In this document: positions 1 through 8,076 of the stretch, in pieces
Numbering within the stretch: position 1 is the first letter of the stretch
How the letters are laid out: every line of letters starts with the position of its first letter
Source of the DNA: Ruminococcus albus 7 = DSM 20455
Lineage (GTDB): Bacteria > Bacillota > Clostridia > Oscillospirales > Ruminococcaceae
Reading direction: 5' to 3'
NCBI RefSeq assembly: GCF_000179635.2
Contig: NC_014824.1
Span: 360,001 to 392,000, forward strand
DNA length: 32,000 nucleotides
Position numbers and translations under genes: made by a program
Notes under the pieces: model-generated
The model's database searches: none
The model's input: the letters and a program-made list of their open reading frames with translations, nothing else
What the model was told of the DNA's origin: nothing

Positions 1-2937
1 GCTTTGGATCATGCCGAAAAGCTTGATGTGATGTTCGATAAGCACATGGAGGACAGAACGGGTAAGTATATCGTTTTTTGTGCCAACCGTGAACACATGG
101 ACGATATGATCGGCAAGGCGAAGGAATGGTTTGCAAAGGTCGATAAAAGACCTCACATCTACAAAGTATATGCAAGCAATCCTGAAACAAGCAAGGCATT
201 TGCAGATTTTAAGTCAGACAGATCAGAACGTCTTAAACTGCTGTACTGCATTGATATGCTCAACGAGGGCGTTCATGTGGAGGATATTTCTGGCGTTATT
301 CTGCTGCGCCCTACGGTCTCACCTATCATATATAAACAGCAGATCGGGCGGGCGCTTTCGGCAAGCAAGTCGAATATGCCCGTCATATTCGATATAGTCA
401 ATAACATTGAAAACCTGTACAGCATTGATACCGTCAAGGATGAAATGCAGACTGCGATACAGTATTTCTACAAACATGATGGTTCGGGAGTGGTTGTCAA
501 CGAAAACTTCGAGCTTATTGACAAGGTTGCCGATTGCAAGAGCCTGTTTGAAGCGTTGGAGGGTACACTTTCTGCTTCATGGGACATAATGTACGAAAAG
601 GCTAAGGAGTATTATGAGCAGTACGGTGATCTTGAAATACCGAAGGATTATTACACCGAGGACGGTTACAGTCTCGGTATTTGGATAATTACCCAAAGGG
701 GAAACTATCGCGGCACAACATTAAATTCCGTTCCGCTGACACAGGTTCAGATAGACAAGCTGACAGCTATCGGAATGCGCTGGCAGAGCATCAACGAGCT
801 GTCATGGGAACGGTATTTTGAAGCTGCGGAGCAGTATTACAATACTCACGGCGATCTTCTTCCTACGGCCGCTTTTGTTGATGAAAACGGTATAGATCTA
901 GGACGCTGGCTGCAAAATCAGCGGACAGCCCGAAAGAACGGCGTGACAAAATGGGGACTGACCGAGGAACGGATAGCGCGTCTTGACGGTATCGGAATGG
1001 TCTGGGACGTTTTTGATTATCAGTGGGAGGAGAATTTTTCAGCTGCTGTGCGTTATCACAGGCAGCACGGCGATCTTGAGGTGCCGCAGAAATATGTTGA
1101 CAGCGAAGGCTTTTATCTTGGCAGATGGCTTTCAAAACTGCGTTTGAACCGCAAAAACGGTACAGAAACTTTGACCGAAGAACAGAAAGCAAGGCTCGAT
1201 GCTCTCGGAATGTGCTGGGAGGACAGGTTCGAAAGGCGTTGGAACAATAATTTTCGTGAGCTTTGCAAATACTATGATGAACATAAAACGCTGACAGTTC
1301 CGGCGCAGTTCAGAACCGAAAGCGGTGCGAATCTATACGCTTGGATAAAAACTCAGCGTGTTAAATTCAGTGAGGGCAGGCTTTCTGATGAACAGTTTAA
1401 AAAGCTGAATAGCATAGGCTTCGATTTTACGATCACCGACATTTGGGAAGAAAATTTTGCTTTTGCAAAAAAGTATTTCGAGGAACACGGCGATCTTAAT
1501 ATTCCTGCCACGGATAACAAAGGCATCACAGTAAGAAAATGGCTTCTTCGGCAGAAAAAATATGCAGATGCTCCGGATTCAGCAAGGCTGTCGCATGAGC
1601 AGATCGAAAAGCTGCGTTCAATAGGTCTTTTTGATGAGCTTTCCCATACCGACAGGCTTTGGTTTTCACGTTACGGAATGGCTAAGGCTTTTTATGCGGA
1701 GAACGGTCATTTGAATGTCCCAAAGGATTGTATTATTGACGGTTTCAATCTCGGAACGTGGGTGCAAACTCAAAAGCAAAAGAACAAAAAAGGTGTGCTT
1801 TCACAGGACAAAATTGACCTGCTAAACAAACTGGGAATGAATTGGGAAAGCCTTGCCGAAATAGATAATTCTCGTCTGTACAAAACAGGTTTTGCTCATC
1901 TTGAAAAATATATCGCAGAAAATGGTTTGGGCAACGTAAGAGCGAATACTGTCTGCGAGGACGGCTATGCCCTCGGAAACTGGTTGACGAATTGCAGAAG
2001 CCGATATAAGGCGGGTGAGCTTGCGGAGCAGTATGTCAAACGTTTCCGACAGCTGCGATTTCCGCTTGATGATAATGACCGCTGGGAATATCGCTTTCAA
2101 GAGGTCAAGGCATATTTTGATGAACACGGCGGAATACAACTGCCCGAAAAGCTGATCGGTGATGACGGCACAGACCTTTCGCTGTGGCTTGCAAAACAGC
2201 GCAGAGCCTATCCAAAAGGCGATCTTTCCGATGAACAGATGCACAAAATGGACGAGATTGGCTATCCGTTCAAGCCCGAAGTTTCGCCAATAGCTGCCGC
2301 AAACCGCAAGAAGTGGCAGGAAAAGTATGATGTTGTAAAAGAATTCCTTGAACTACATAAAGGCGAGAAACTCGATCCCGAGGTGGAATACAAGGGCATA
2401 AAGATAATCGAATGGATACGTCAGCAACGGAACTTTATTCAGAACGGCGTTTTCGATGATGACAGAGTGGTGCTGTTCAATGCACTCGGCTGGCAGTCTG
2501 TACTTGATAACCTTGTTTCGCACTGGGATATCATGTATGAAGCAGCAGTCAAATTCTATTCCGAAAACGGATATGATGCCAAGATAGAAAAAGGGATCAT
2601 AGTTGACGGTACTGAGCTTTTTAACTGGATCTACTCGGAAAAGAAGATAGTAAATGGTAATTCCAAGGTCAAGCGAACTCCCGAACAGCTCGAAAAGCTG
2701 AAAGCTATCGGCATCGAACCTCAGACCATCGACAGATTTGAAAAGCAATGGCTTGCACGATATGAAGAATTAAAAACGTTCATTGAGGAACACGGCTGCC
2801 TGCCGATGACGAGAAAAGAGAAAGGTGATGAGAACAGTACTGCTGTGTGGCTCAATTCACAAAAGAAAAAGTATCGGCAGGGACAGCTGTCGGAAGATCG
2901 AGCAGATAAATTGCGAAAATTAGGAATTGAATTGTAA
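1..2937 (+). CDS. SF2 helicase, C-terminal portion (5' end upstream of window) followed by about 11 helicase-associated (HA, PF03457-type) repeats
   Basis: Frame 1 is open from base 1. The helicase C-domain motif QQIGRALS is present. About 75-80% of positions look identical by eye to the equivalent part of the downstream paralogue. The repeat pattern is W-x2-x-F-x5-Y-x3-HGDL-x-VP...G-x-LG-x-W-x3-QR. Stop is TAA at 2935-2937. Confidence 0.85.
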   Translation, partial: ALDHAEKLDVMFDKHMEDRTGKYIVFCANREHMDDMIGKAKEWFAKVDKRPHIYKVYASNPETSKAFADFKSDRSERLKLLYCIDMLNEGVHVEDISGVILLRPTVSPIIYKQQIGRALSASKSNMPVIFDIVNNIENLYSIDTVKDEMQTAIQYFYKHDGSGVVVNENFELIDKVADCKSLFEALEGTLSASWDIMYEKAKEYYEQYGDLEIPKDYYTEDGYSLGIWIITQRGNYRGTTLNSVPLTQVQIDKLTAIGMRWQSINELSWERYFEAAEQYYNTHGDLLPTAAFVDENGIDLGRWLQNQRTARKNGVTKWGLTEERIARLDGIGMVWDVFDYQWEENFSAAVRYHRQHGDLEVPQKYVDSEGFYLGRWLSKLRLNRKNGTETLTEEQKARLDALGMCWEDRFERRWNNNFRELCKYYDEHKTLTVPAQFRTESGANLYAWIKTQRVKFSEGRLSDEQFKKLNSIGFDFTITDIWEENFAFAKKYFEEHGDLNIPATDNKGITVRKWLLRQKKYADAPDSARLSHEQIEKLRSIGLFDELSHTDRLWFSRYGMAKAFYAENGHLNVPKDCIIDGFNLGTWVQTQKQKNKKGVLSQDKIDLLNKLGMNWESLAEIDNSRLYKTGFAHLEKYIAENGLGNVRANTVCEDGYALGNWLTNCRSRYKAGELAEQYVKRFRQLRFPLDDNDRWEYRFQEVKAYFDEHGGIQLPEKLIGDDGTDLSLWLAKQRRAYPKGDLSDEQMHKMDEIGYPFKPEVSPIAAANRKKWQEKYDVVKEFLELHKGEKLDPEVEYKGIKIIEWIRQQRNFIQNGVFDDDRVVLFNALGWQSVLDNLVSHWDIMYEAAVKFYSENGYDAKIEKGIIVDGTELFNWIYSEKKIVNGNSKVKRTPEQLEKLKAIGIEPQTIDRFEKQWLARYEELKTFIEEHGCLPMTRKEKGDENSTAVWLNSQKKKYRQGQLSEDRADKLRKLGIEL

Positions 2938-2953
2938 AAAGGAGTGTGAGATC

Positions 2954-5926
2954 ATGGCAATGCAATTATTTGAACATAACAAAACCGCATATGGAGCAGC
3001 AGTTCGTATGCTTTCCGAGCGTGGCAAAGCCGCCGTGATCCACCCCACCGGAACAGGCAAATCTTTCATCGGTTTCAAACTCTGCGAGGACAACCCCGAC
3101 AAAACTATCTGCTGGCTGTCACCTTCAAGATACATATATCAGACGCAGCTTGAAAACCTTGCAGAGACATCGGACGGCTATCAGCCCGAAAATGTCAAGT
3201 TCTATACATACGCAAAGTTGATGAATGTATCAGCAGAAGAAATTGCCGATATACAGCCAGATTACATAATTCTCGATGAATTTCATAGATGTGGTGCGGA
3301 ACTCTGGGGTGCGGGCGTTGATGCCGTTCTGAGAGCATATCCCGATGTGCCTGTGCTTGGTTTGTCCGCAACGGCTATTCGCTATCTCGATAATCAGCGC
3401 GATATGACGGATGAGTTGTTTGACGGAAACGTAGCAAGTGAAATGACTTTGGGCGAGGCTATTGTGCGCGGTATACTTGCACCACCGAAGTATATTCTCT
3501 CTATATTCTCATATCAACAGGATTTGGAGAAATACGAAAAGCGTGTACGCACTGCAAAAAGCAAAGCAACCCGTGATGAAGCAGAAAAGATACTTGAAGC
3601 CTTGCGCCGTGCTTTGGATAAGGCAGTGAACCTCGATACGCTTTTCGACAAGCACATGAGCGACAGAAACGGGAAGTACATTGTGTTCTGTGCAAATCTT
3701 GAACATATGCAGGATATGATGGAAAAGGCGAAAGCGTGGTTTAAAAAGGTCGATAAGAAACCGCATATCTATTCGGTGTATTCCGATGACCCGACGGCAA
3801 GCAAATCCTTTGCCGATTTCAAAGCTGATAATGATGAAAAGCATTTGAAGCTTTTATACTGCATTGATGCCTTGAACGAGGGCGTTCATGTCCCCGATGT
3901 TTCGGGGGTTATTTTGTTACGCCCGACTATTTCCCCTATAATCTATAAGCAGCAGATAGGTCGTGCGTTGTCTGCTTCAAAGTCTCGTAATCCCGTCATT
4001 TTCGATATTGTCAACAACATTGAGAACTTGTACAGCATTGACGCTATCGAAGAAGAAATGAAAGTAGCGATACAGTATTACCGTTCGCATGGCGGCGAGG
4101 GCTTTGTTGTCAATGAGACTTTTGAGCTTATTGACAAGGTTGCCGACTGTAAATCTCTTTTTGATGAATTGGAAGGTACCCTTTCAGCGTCGTGGGATAT
4201 AATGTTCGATCAGGCGAAAAAGTATTATGATGAGAACGGAAATATTGATGTGCCAAAACGATATTTTACGCCCGAGGGATATTCTCTTGGTGTATGGATA
4301 CTGACACAGCGCAGAGTTTACAATGGTAATATCAACGGCGTTTTAACACAAGTACAGATCGATAAGCTGAATTCTCTTGGTATGCGCTGGGAATCTGCCC
4401 AAGATGTTGCTTGGGAAAAATACTTTGCAACGGCTGAAATGTACTACAAGAAACATGGTGATCTCGTGCCGCCAGCTAAGTTTGTTGATGAAAATAATGT
4501 TGATCTAGGACGATGGCTTGCTCAGATAAGAGTATACAAGAAAAGTGGAATTAGAAACAGCTACATGACTGATGAGCGCGTGACGGCACTTGAAAAGATC
4601 GGCATGGTATGGGACGTTCTGGATTATATTTGGGAGGAATATTACGCATCTGCCGTAACGTATCATCGTAAGCATGGTGATCTCAATGTGCCGGTAAAAT
4701 ATGTGGATGACAATGGTATCAAGCTTGGACAATGGCTGAACAATCTTCGCTCTTCAAGAAACGGTACAAACAGAAGCTACCGTGAAATGACCGATGAGCA
4801 AATTGCAAGGCTCGATGCACTCGGCATGATTTGGGAAAACAAATATGACCGTCAATGGAACGAGGCTTTTAGGGCTCTTTGTGAATACTATAAAAACACT
4901 AATTCATTTGATGTCTCTGTGTCATATAAAACAGACAGCGGAATACCTTTGGGTAAGTGGGTACGCCGTCAGAGGGATTTTTATGAACAGAGACGACTTT
5001 CCGATGAGCGTATCAAAAAGCTCTGTGATATTGGATTTACTCTTGAAAAGACAGACCCGTGGGAAGAAAAATATCAGCTTGCAAAAGCCTATTTTGAGGA
5101 ACACGGTGATCTGAATATGTCGGCTCAATATGTAGTCAACGGGGTTTGGCTGCATAAATGGCTGAACGAGCAAAAGCTGATAGCAGAGGGTAAGCGTAAG
5201 AAAAAGCATACTCCCGAACAGCTAGATAAGCTCGAAGCAATCGGACTAAAATATGGCGTTCGTCAGAATAATGAAAAATGGAACGAAAAATATGAGCTTG
5301 CAAAGGCGTATTTTGAAGAGCATGGTGATTTAGATATATCCTACAGCTATACTGTTGATGATTATGCACTTGGAAAATGGCTTTCAAATCAGAAAACATA
5401 TCATAATAATAGTAAGCTTTCAGCTGAACAGGAAGAAATGTTAAACGCTATTGGCATACAGTGGAAAAGCAAACGTGATACAAAAATCGCTGAATCATTC
5501 AGAGGTGGTTTTGAACACCTTGAAGCGTTTATTGCAGAAAAAGGGCTTGATGCGTTGACAAATAATACTGTCTGCGAGGATGGTTATAATCTGGGAAGTT
5601 GGATAAATAATTGCAAAGTTAAATACCGAAACGACAAGTTACCTAAAAAGCATATTCAGCATTTCGAAAAGCTTGGAATTACTCTTGATAAAACCGACAT
5701 ATGGGAGGAACGTTATCAAGAGGTCAAGAAGTATTTTGAAAAACATAATACTCAATATATTCCAAAAGGCACAGTGAGCGAAAGCGGATACGATATGTAT
5801 TCGTGGATAAGCGATCAACGACGGTTTTATAAAGCCGGGAAACTTACCTTGGAACAAAAGAAAAAACTTGATGATATTGGTTATCCATTTTTAAAACCGA
5901 AAAAGAAACGTTCAGATGTTGATTAA
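2954..5926 (+). CDS. DEAD/DEAH-type (type III restriction res-subunit-like) SF2 helicase with about 8 C-terminal HA repeats
   Basis: AAAGGAG RBS lies 9 nt before ATG 2954. Motifs seen: Walker A HPTGTGKS, motif II LDEFHR, motif III LGLSAT, motif VI QQIGRALS, then the HA repeat array. The ORF track start at 2927 lacks an RBS. Confidence 0.9.
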   Translation: MAMQLFEHNKTAYGAAVRMLSERGKAAVIHPTGTGKSFIGFKLCEDNPDKTICWLSPSRYIYQTQLENLAETSDGYQPENVKFYTYAKLMNVSAEEIADIQPDYIILDEFHRCGAELWGAGVDAVLRAYPDVPVLGLSATAIRYLDNQRDMTDELFDGNVASEMTLGEAIVRGILAPPKYILSIFSYQQDLEKYEKRVRTAKSKATRDEAEKILEALRRALDKAVNLDTLFDKHMSDRNGKYIVFCANLEHMQDMMEKAKAWFKKVDKKPHIYSVYSDDPTASKSFADFKADNDEKHLKLLYCIDALNEGVHVPDVSGVILLRPTISPIIYKQQIGRALSASKSRNPVIFDIVNNIENLYSIDAIEEEMKVAIQYYRSHGGEGFVVNETFELIDKVADCKSLFDELEGTLSASWDIMFDQAKKYYDENGNIDVPKRYFTPEGYSLGVWILTQRRVYNGNINGVLTQVQIDKLNSLGMRWESAQDVAWEKYFATAEMYYKKHGDLVPPAKFVDENNVDLGRWLAQIRVYKKSGIRNSYMTDERVTALEKIGMVWDVLDYIWEEYYASAVTYHRKHGDLNVPVKYVDDNGIKLGQWLNNLRSSRNGTNRSYREMTDEQIARLDALGMIWENKYDRQWNEAFRALCEYYKNTNSFDVSVSYKTDSGIPLGKWVRRQRDFYEQRRLSDERIKKLCDIGFTLEKTDPWEEKYQLAKAYFEEHGDLNMSAQYVVNGVWLHKWLNEQKLIAEGKRKKKHTPEQLDKLEAIGLKYGVRQNNEKWNEKYELAKAYFEEHGDLDISYSYTVDDYALGKWLSNQKTYHNNSKLSAEQEEMLNAIGIQWKSKRDTKIAESFRGGFEHLEAFIAEKGLDALTNNTVCEDGYNLGSWINNCKVKYRNDKLPKKHIQHFEKLGITLDKTDIWEERYQEVKKYFEKHNTQYIPKGTVSESGYDMYSWISDQRRFYKAGKLTLEQKKKLDDIGYPFLKPKKKRSDVD

Positions 5927-6012
5927 CGGTTGATTATCAGCCGGAAAACAACTTGGAACAAAAAAGAACAATAACAACCTCAAAAACTACACAAATAATT
6001 ACGGAGGTAAAC

Positions 6013-6195
6013 ATGGCAAAAGAAAAAGAAATGCAAAAGCAGCGAAAGGACAAGGTTATCCGTGCAAGGGTGACTGAGGAAGAACATGAAGCCTTCATGG
6101 AACTTGCTAAGAAAAACGGGTACGATTCGGCAAGTTCGTTTATCCGTTCGCTGATAATCGAACATACAAACGATAAGGAAAAGTCTGAATCATAA
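6013..6195 (+). CDS. Small ribbon-helix-helix protein, MobC-like (relaxosome accessory type)
   Basis: GGAGG RBS before ATG 6013. The motif RARVTEEEHEAFMELAKKNGYDSASSFIRSLI matches the MobC/RHH pattern R-x-T-x-EE...A...G-x-S-x-S-x-(F/Y)-IR. No relaxase gene follows. Confidence 0.6.
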   Translation: MAKEKEMQKQRKDKVIRARVTEEEHEAFMELAKKNGYDSASSFIRSLIIEHTNDKEKSES

Positions 6196-6321
6196 AATTG
6201 TGACTTTGATATGTGCTGTGTATTCGTTCTTTAGGCGAATTGAATTATTGCGTTCCTTACTGCGAATTACCGTTTTCCTCGTTGCGGATTGGTGTTTCCC
6301 TGGATATGAAATAATCACCTA

Positions 6322-6350
6322 TTGACAAGTTCGTCGCAAGATTATATAAT
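6322..6350 (+). promoter_or_regulatory. Consensus sigma-70/sigA promoter (TTGACA-17 nt-TATAAT)
   Basis: TTGACA at 6322-6327, 17-nt spacer, TATAAT at 6345-6350. It lies 63 nt upstream of the 6413 start. Confidence 0.7.
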
Positions 6351-6412
6351 AAATACATACGATGTAATGACATTATACGTATATATATATTATATTGTTA
6401 GGGGCTAAACTT

Positions 6413-7057
6413 ATGGCCGAACAGGTTATGATTCAGGTCAGAATGGACAGCGTACTGAAAGATCAGGCTCTTGAAGTCTTTGACAAGATGGGCATTGATA
6501 TGTCTACAGCGGTCAGAATGTTTTTCAAGGCAACTGTACGTCAGCAGGAACTTCCGTTCAGCACCAATGTGGCAGAAACTAAAGCTCCCTCTCTCGGTGA
6601 GCAGCTGGGCGACTTCTATAAAAACATGGTCATGTATGAGGCATCTATAGCCGATGACGAAAATGTCGTGACTGTATTTCCACTCGAATTCGGCGAAATA
6701 CCTGTGAAGATGTTTGTTCAGCTTGTCACGAAAGTTCCTGCCGGTAAGGTTGCAAGGTGGGAAGATATATTTGAATATCTTGGAATGCTCTACGGTATGA
6801 AGGTGTATGAAAAGCCTCATCGAGCTATGCCCTATATGGATTCCGACGGCAACGATATACCGTATTGGCGGATAGTTTCTGTGAACGGTGTGCTCTGCGA
6901 CTCTAGAGTTCGCAGTCGTGAATCGCAGAAAGAAAAACTTGAAAGAGAAGGTATCCCGATAGTACAGCGTGGCAGTATCCGGAACTCCTACCGTGTCGAT
7001 AATTTAAAAACTCATCTGTTTGACTTTAAATCTCTAAAAGCAATAAAATCTGAATAA
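6413..7057 (+). CDS. RelB/DinJ-family antitoxin domain fused to an MGMT-family alkyltransferase-like (ATL) DNA-binding domain
   Basis: The N-terminus IQVRMDSVLKDQALEVFDKMGIDMSTAVRMFFKATVRQQELPF aligns with E. coli DinJ (recalled). The C-terminus VPAGKVARWEDIFEYLG...IPYWRIVSVNGVL...QKEKLEREGIPIV matches the MGMT DNA-binding fold, but has PYWR where the PCHR catalytic Cys would be. Confidence 0.7.
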   Translation: MAEQVMIQVRMDSVLKDQALEVFDKMGIDMSTAVRMFFKATVRQQELPFSTNVAETKAPSLGEQLGDFYKNMVMYEASIADDENVVTVFPLEFGEIPVKMFVQLVTKVPAGKVARWEDIFEYLGMLYGMKVYEKPHRAMPYMDSDGNDIPYWRIVSVNGVLCDSRVRSRESQKEKLEREGIPIVQRGSIRNSYRVDNLKTHLFDFKSLKAIKSE

Positions 7058-7062
7058 AAGCT

Positions 7063-7099
7063 ACTCCCGTACAACACTGATTGTACGGGAGTAATTTTA
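7063..7099 (+). terminator. Rho-independent terminator
   Basis: An 11-bp stem pairs ACTCCCGTACA with TGTACGGGAGT, followed by a T-rich tail, immediately after the 7057 stop. Confidence 0.8.
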
Positions 7100-7195
7100 T
7101 GGGCATAACCTACTATTTATATAGGATAGATATAGTATTTGAACTTCAATCACAAATTTCACGTCCATAACCTTCAGCTTAAGGTAACCGCCAAC

Positions 7196-7488
7196 TGTCA
7201 CCGCTCCTCCAAATTGTCATCCAAAAGTGAACGTATCCTGTCAAGGACAGATACCGTATTTTGTCCATGAAAAAGCATCGAAAGTAACCGCCAACCAATC
7301 CCCCGATCCGACACAGCCCACCCAATATGATATAATTACTCTGAAGGCAAATCGAAACCTGAAAGGAGTAAGATATTATGGGAAGAATACGCGAGATAAA
7401 AAAGCAGGTGCGTCACAAGGAATGGGCGGCAATGGTACAGGAATGTCAGACCAGTGGAAGGAATGTCGAAGAATGGTGCCTATGGTAA
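7196..7488 (+). mobile_element. Remnant of a transposon left end related to the element at 22762, with a truncated 36-codon HTH-like ORF (7378-7488)
   Basis: 7196-7250 (TGTCACCGCTCC..TTGTCATCCAAAAGTGAACGTATCCTGTCA) is about 85% identical by eye to 22762-22815. It contains repeated TTGTCA-type sub-terminal sites. The short ORF MGRIREIKKQVRHKEWAAMVQECQTSGRNVEEWC has an RBS but stops after 36 codons. Confidence 0.5.
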
Positions 7489-7519
7489 TAGGCAGTTATG
7501 AATTAAACTCAAGAACCGC

Positions 7520-7548
7520 TTGACATTTGTGAATAATTATGGTATAAT
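7520..7548 (+). promoter_or_regulatory. Consensus extended -10 promoter (TTGACA-17 nt-TGgTATAAT)
   Basis: TTGACA at 7520-7525 and TATAAT at 7543-7548, preceded by TGG. About 530 nt without a convincing ORF follow before the 8077 start. Confidence 0.6.
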
Positions 7549-8076
7549 ATCCCAAAACGGTATGATAAGTGAATTTTTAATTAAATTTAGAACAAATCGT
7601 CGGATTTGCTGAAGTGTGTAAAATTCCACAGGTTTTGTCATGTTTTCATTTTATTTATATTTGAATACTAGCGTGTCTCAATTGGATAATTTCTTCTGGG
7701 GTACGTTTTTTTGCTGTAAAAATCAATTTTAAATTAAAACTGAAACATAATTTCAATAAGGGAGCATTAGCTTTCATCAAGCATAGAATCAGTTACATCA
7801 TCAATCGTAAGCGCCAACCAAACCCAGACCTTAATGAGAAAAGCCGAGGCTTCAAAAAAAGAAACCTTGGTGTATATGCCGACTCTCCAGCGCCACCTGT
7901 ACGGACTTTCAGAGCCAATTTGCCGTTGTTTGAGAAATAGTTTTATTATTTTTTCTTTGAATAGGTATTTGCAATTGTGATTATGAATTTTGGGGTTGGT
8001 TACAATGTGGTAAATGAATTGCTGTATAGCATAGTTGGACTTTGAATAAATCTATTGATGAATAGGAGGTTTTTTT

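Noticed and set aside
7227-7523. 98-aa plus-strand ORF
   Set aside because: It starts at GTG inside the transposon terminal repeats, has no RBS, and is in a different frame from the better-supported 36-codon stub at 7378-7488. I treat the region as element debris.
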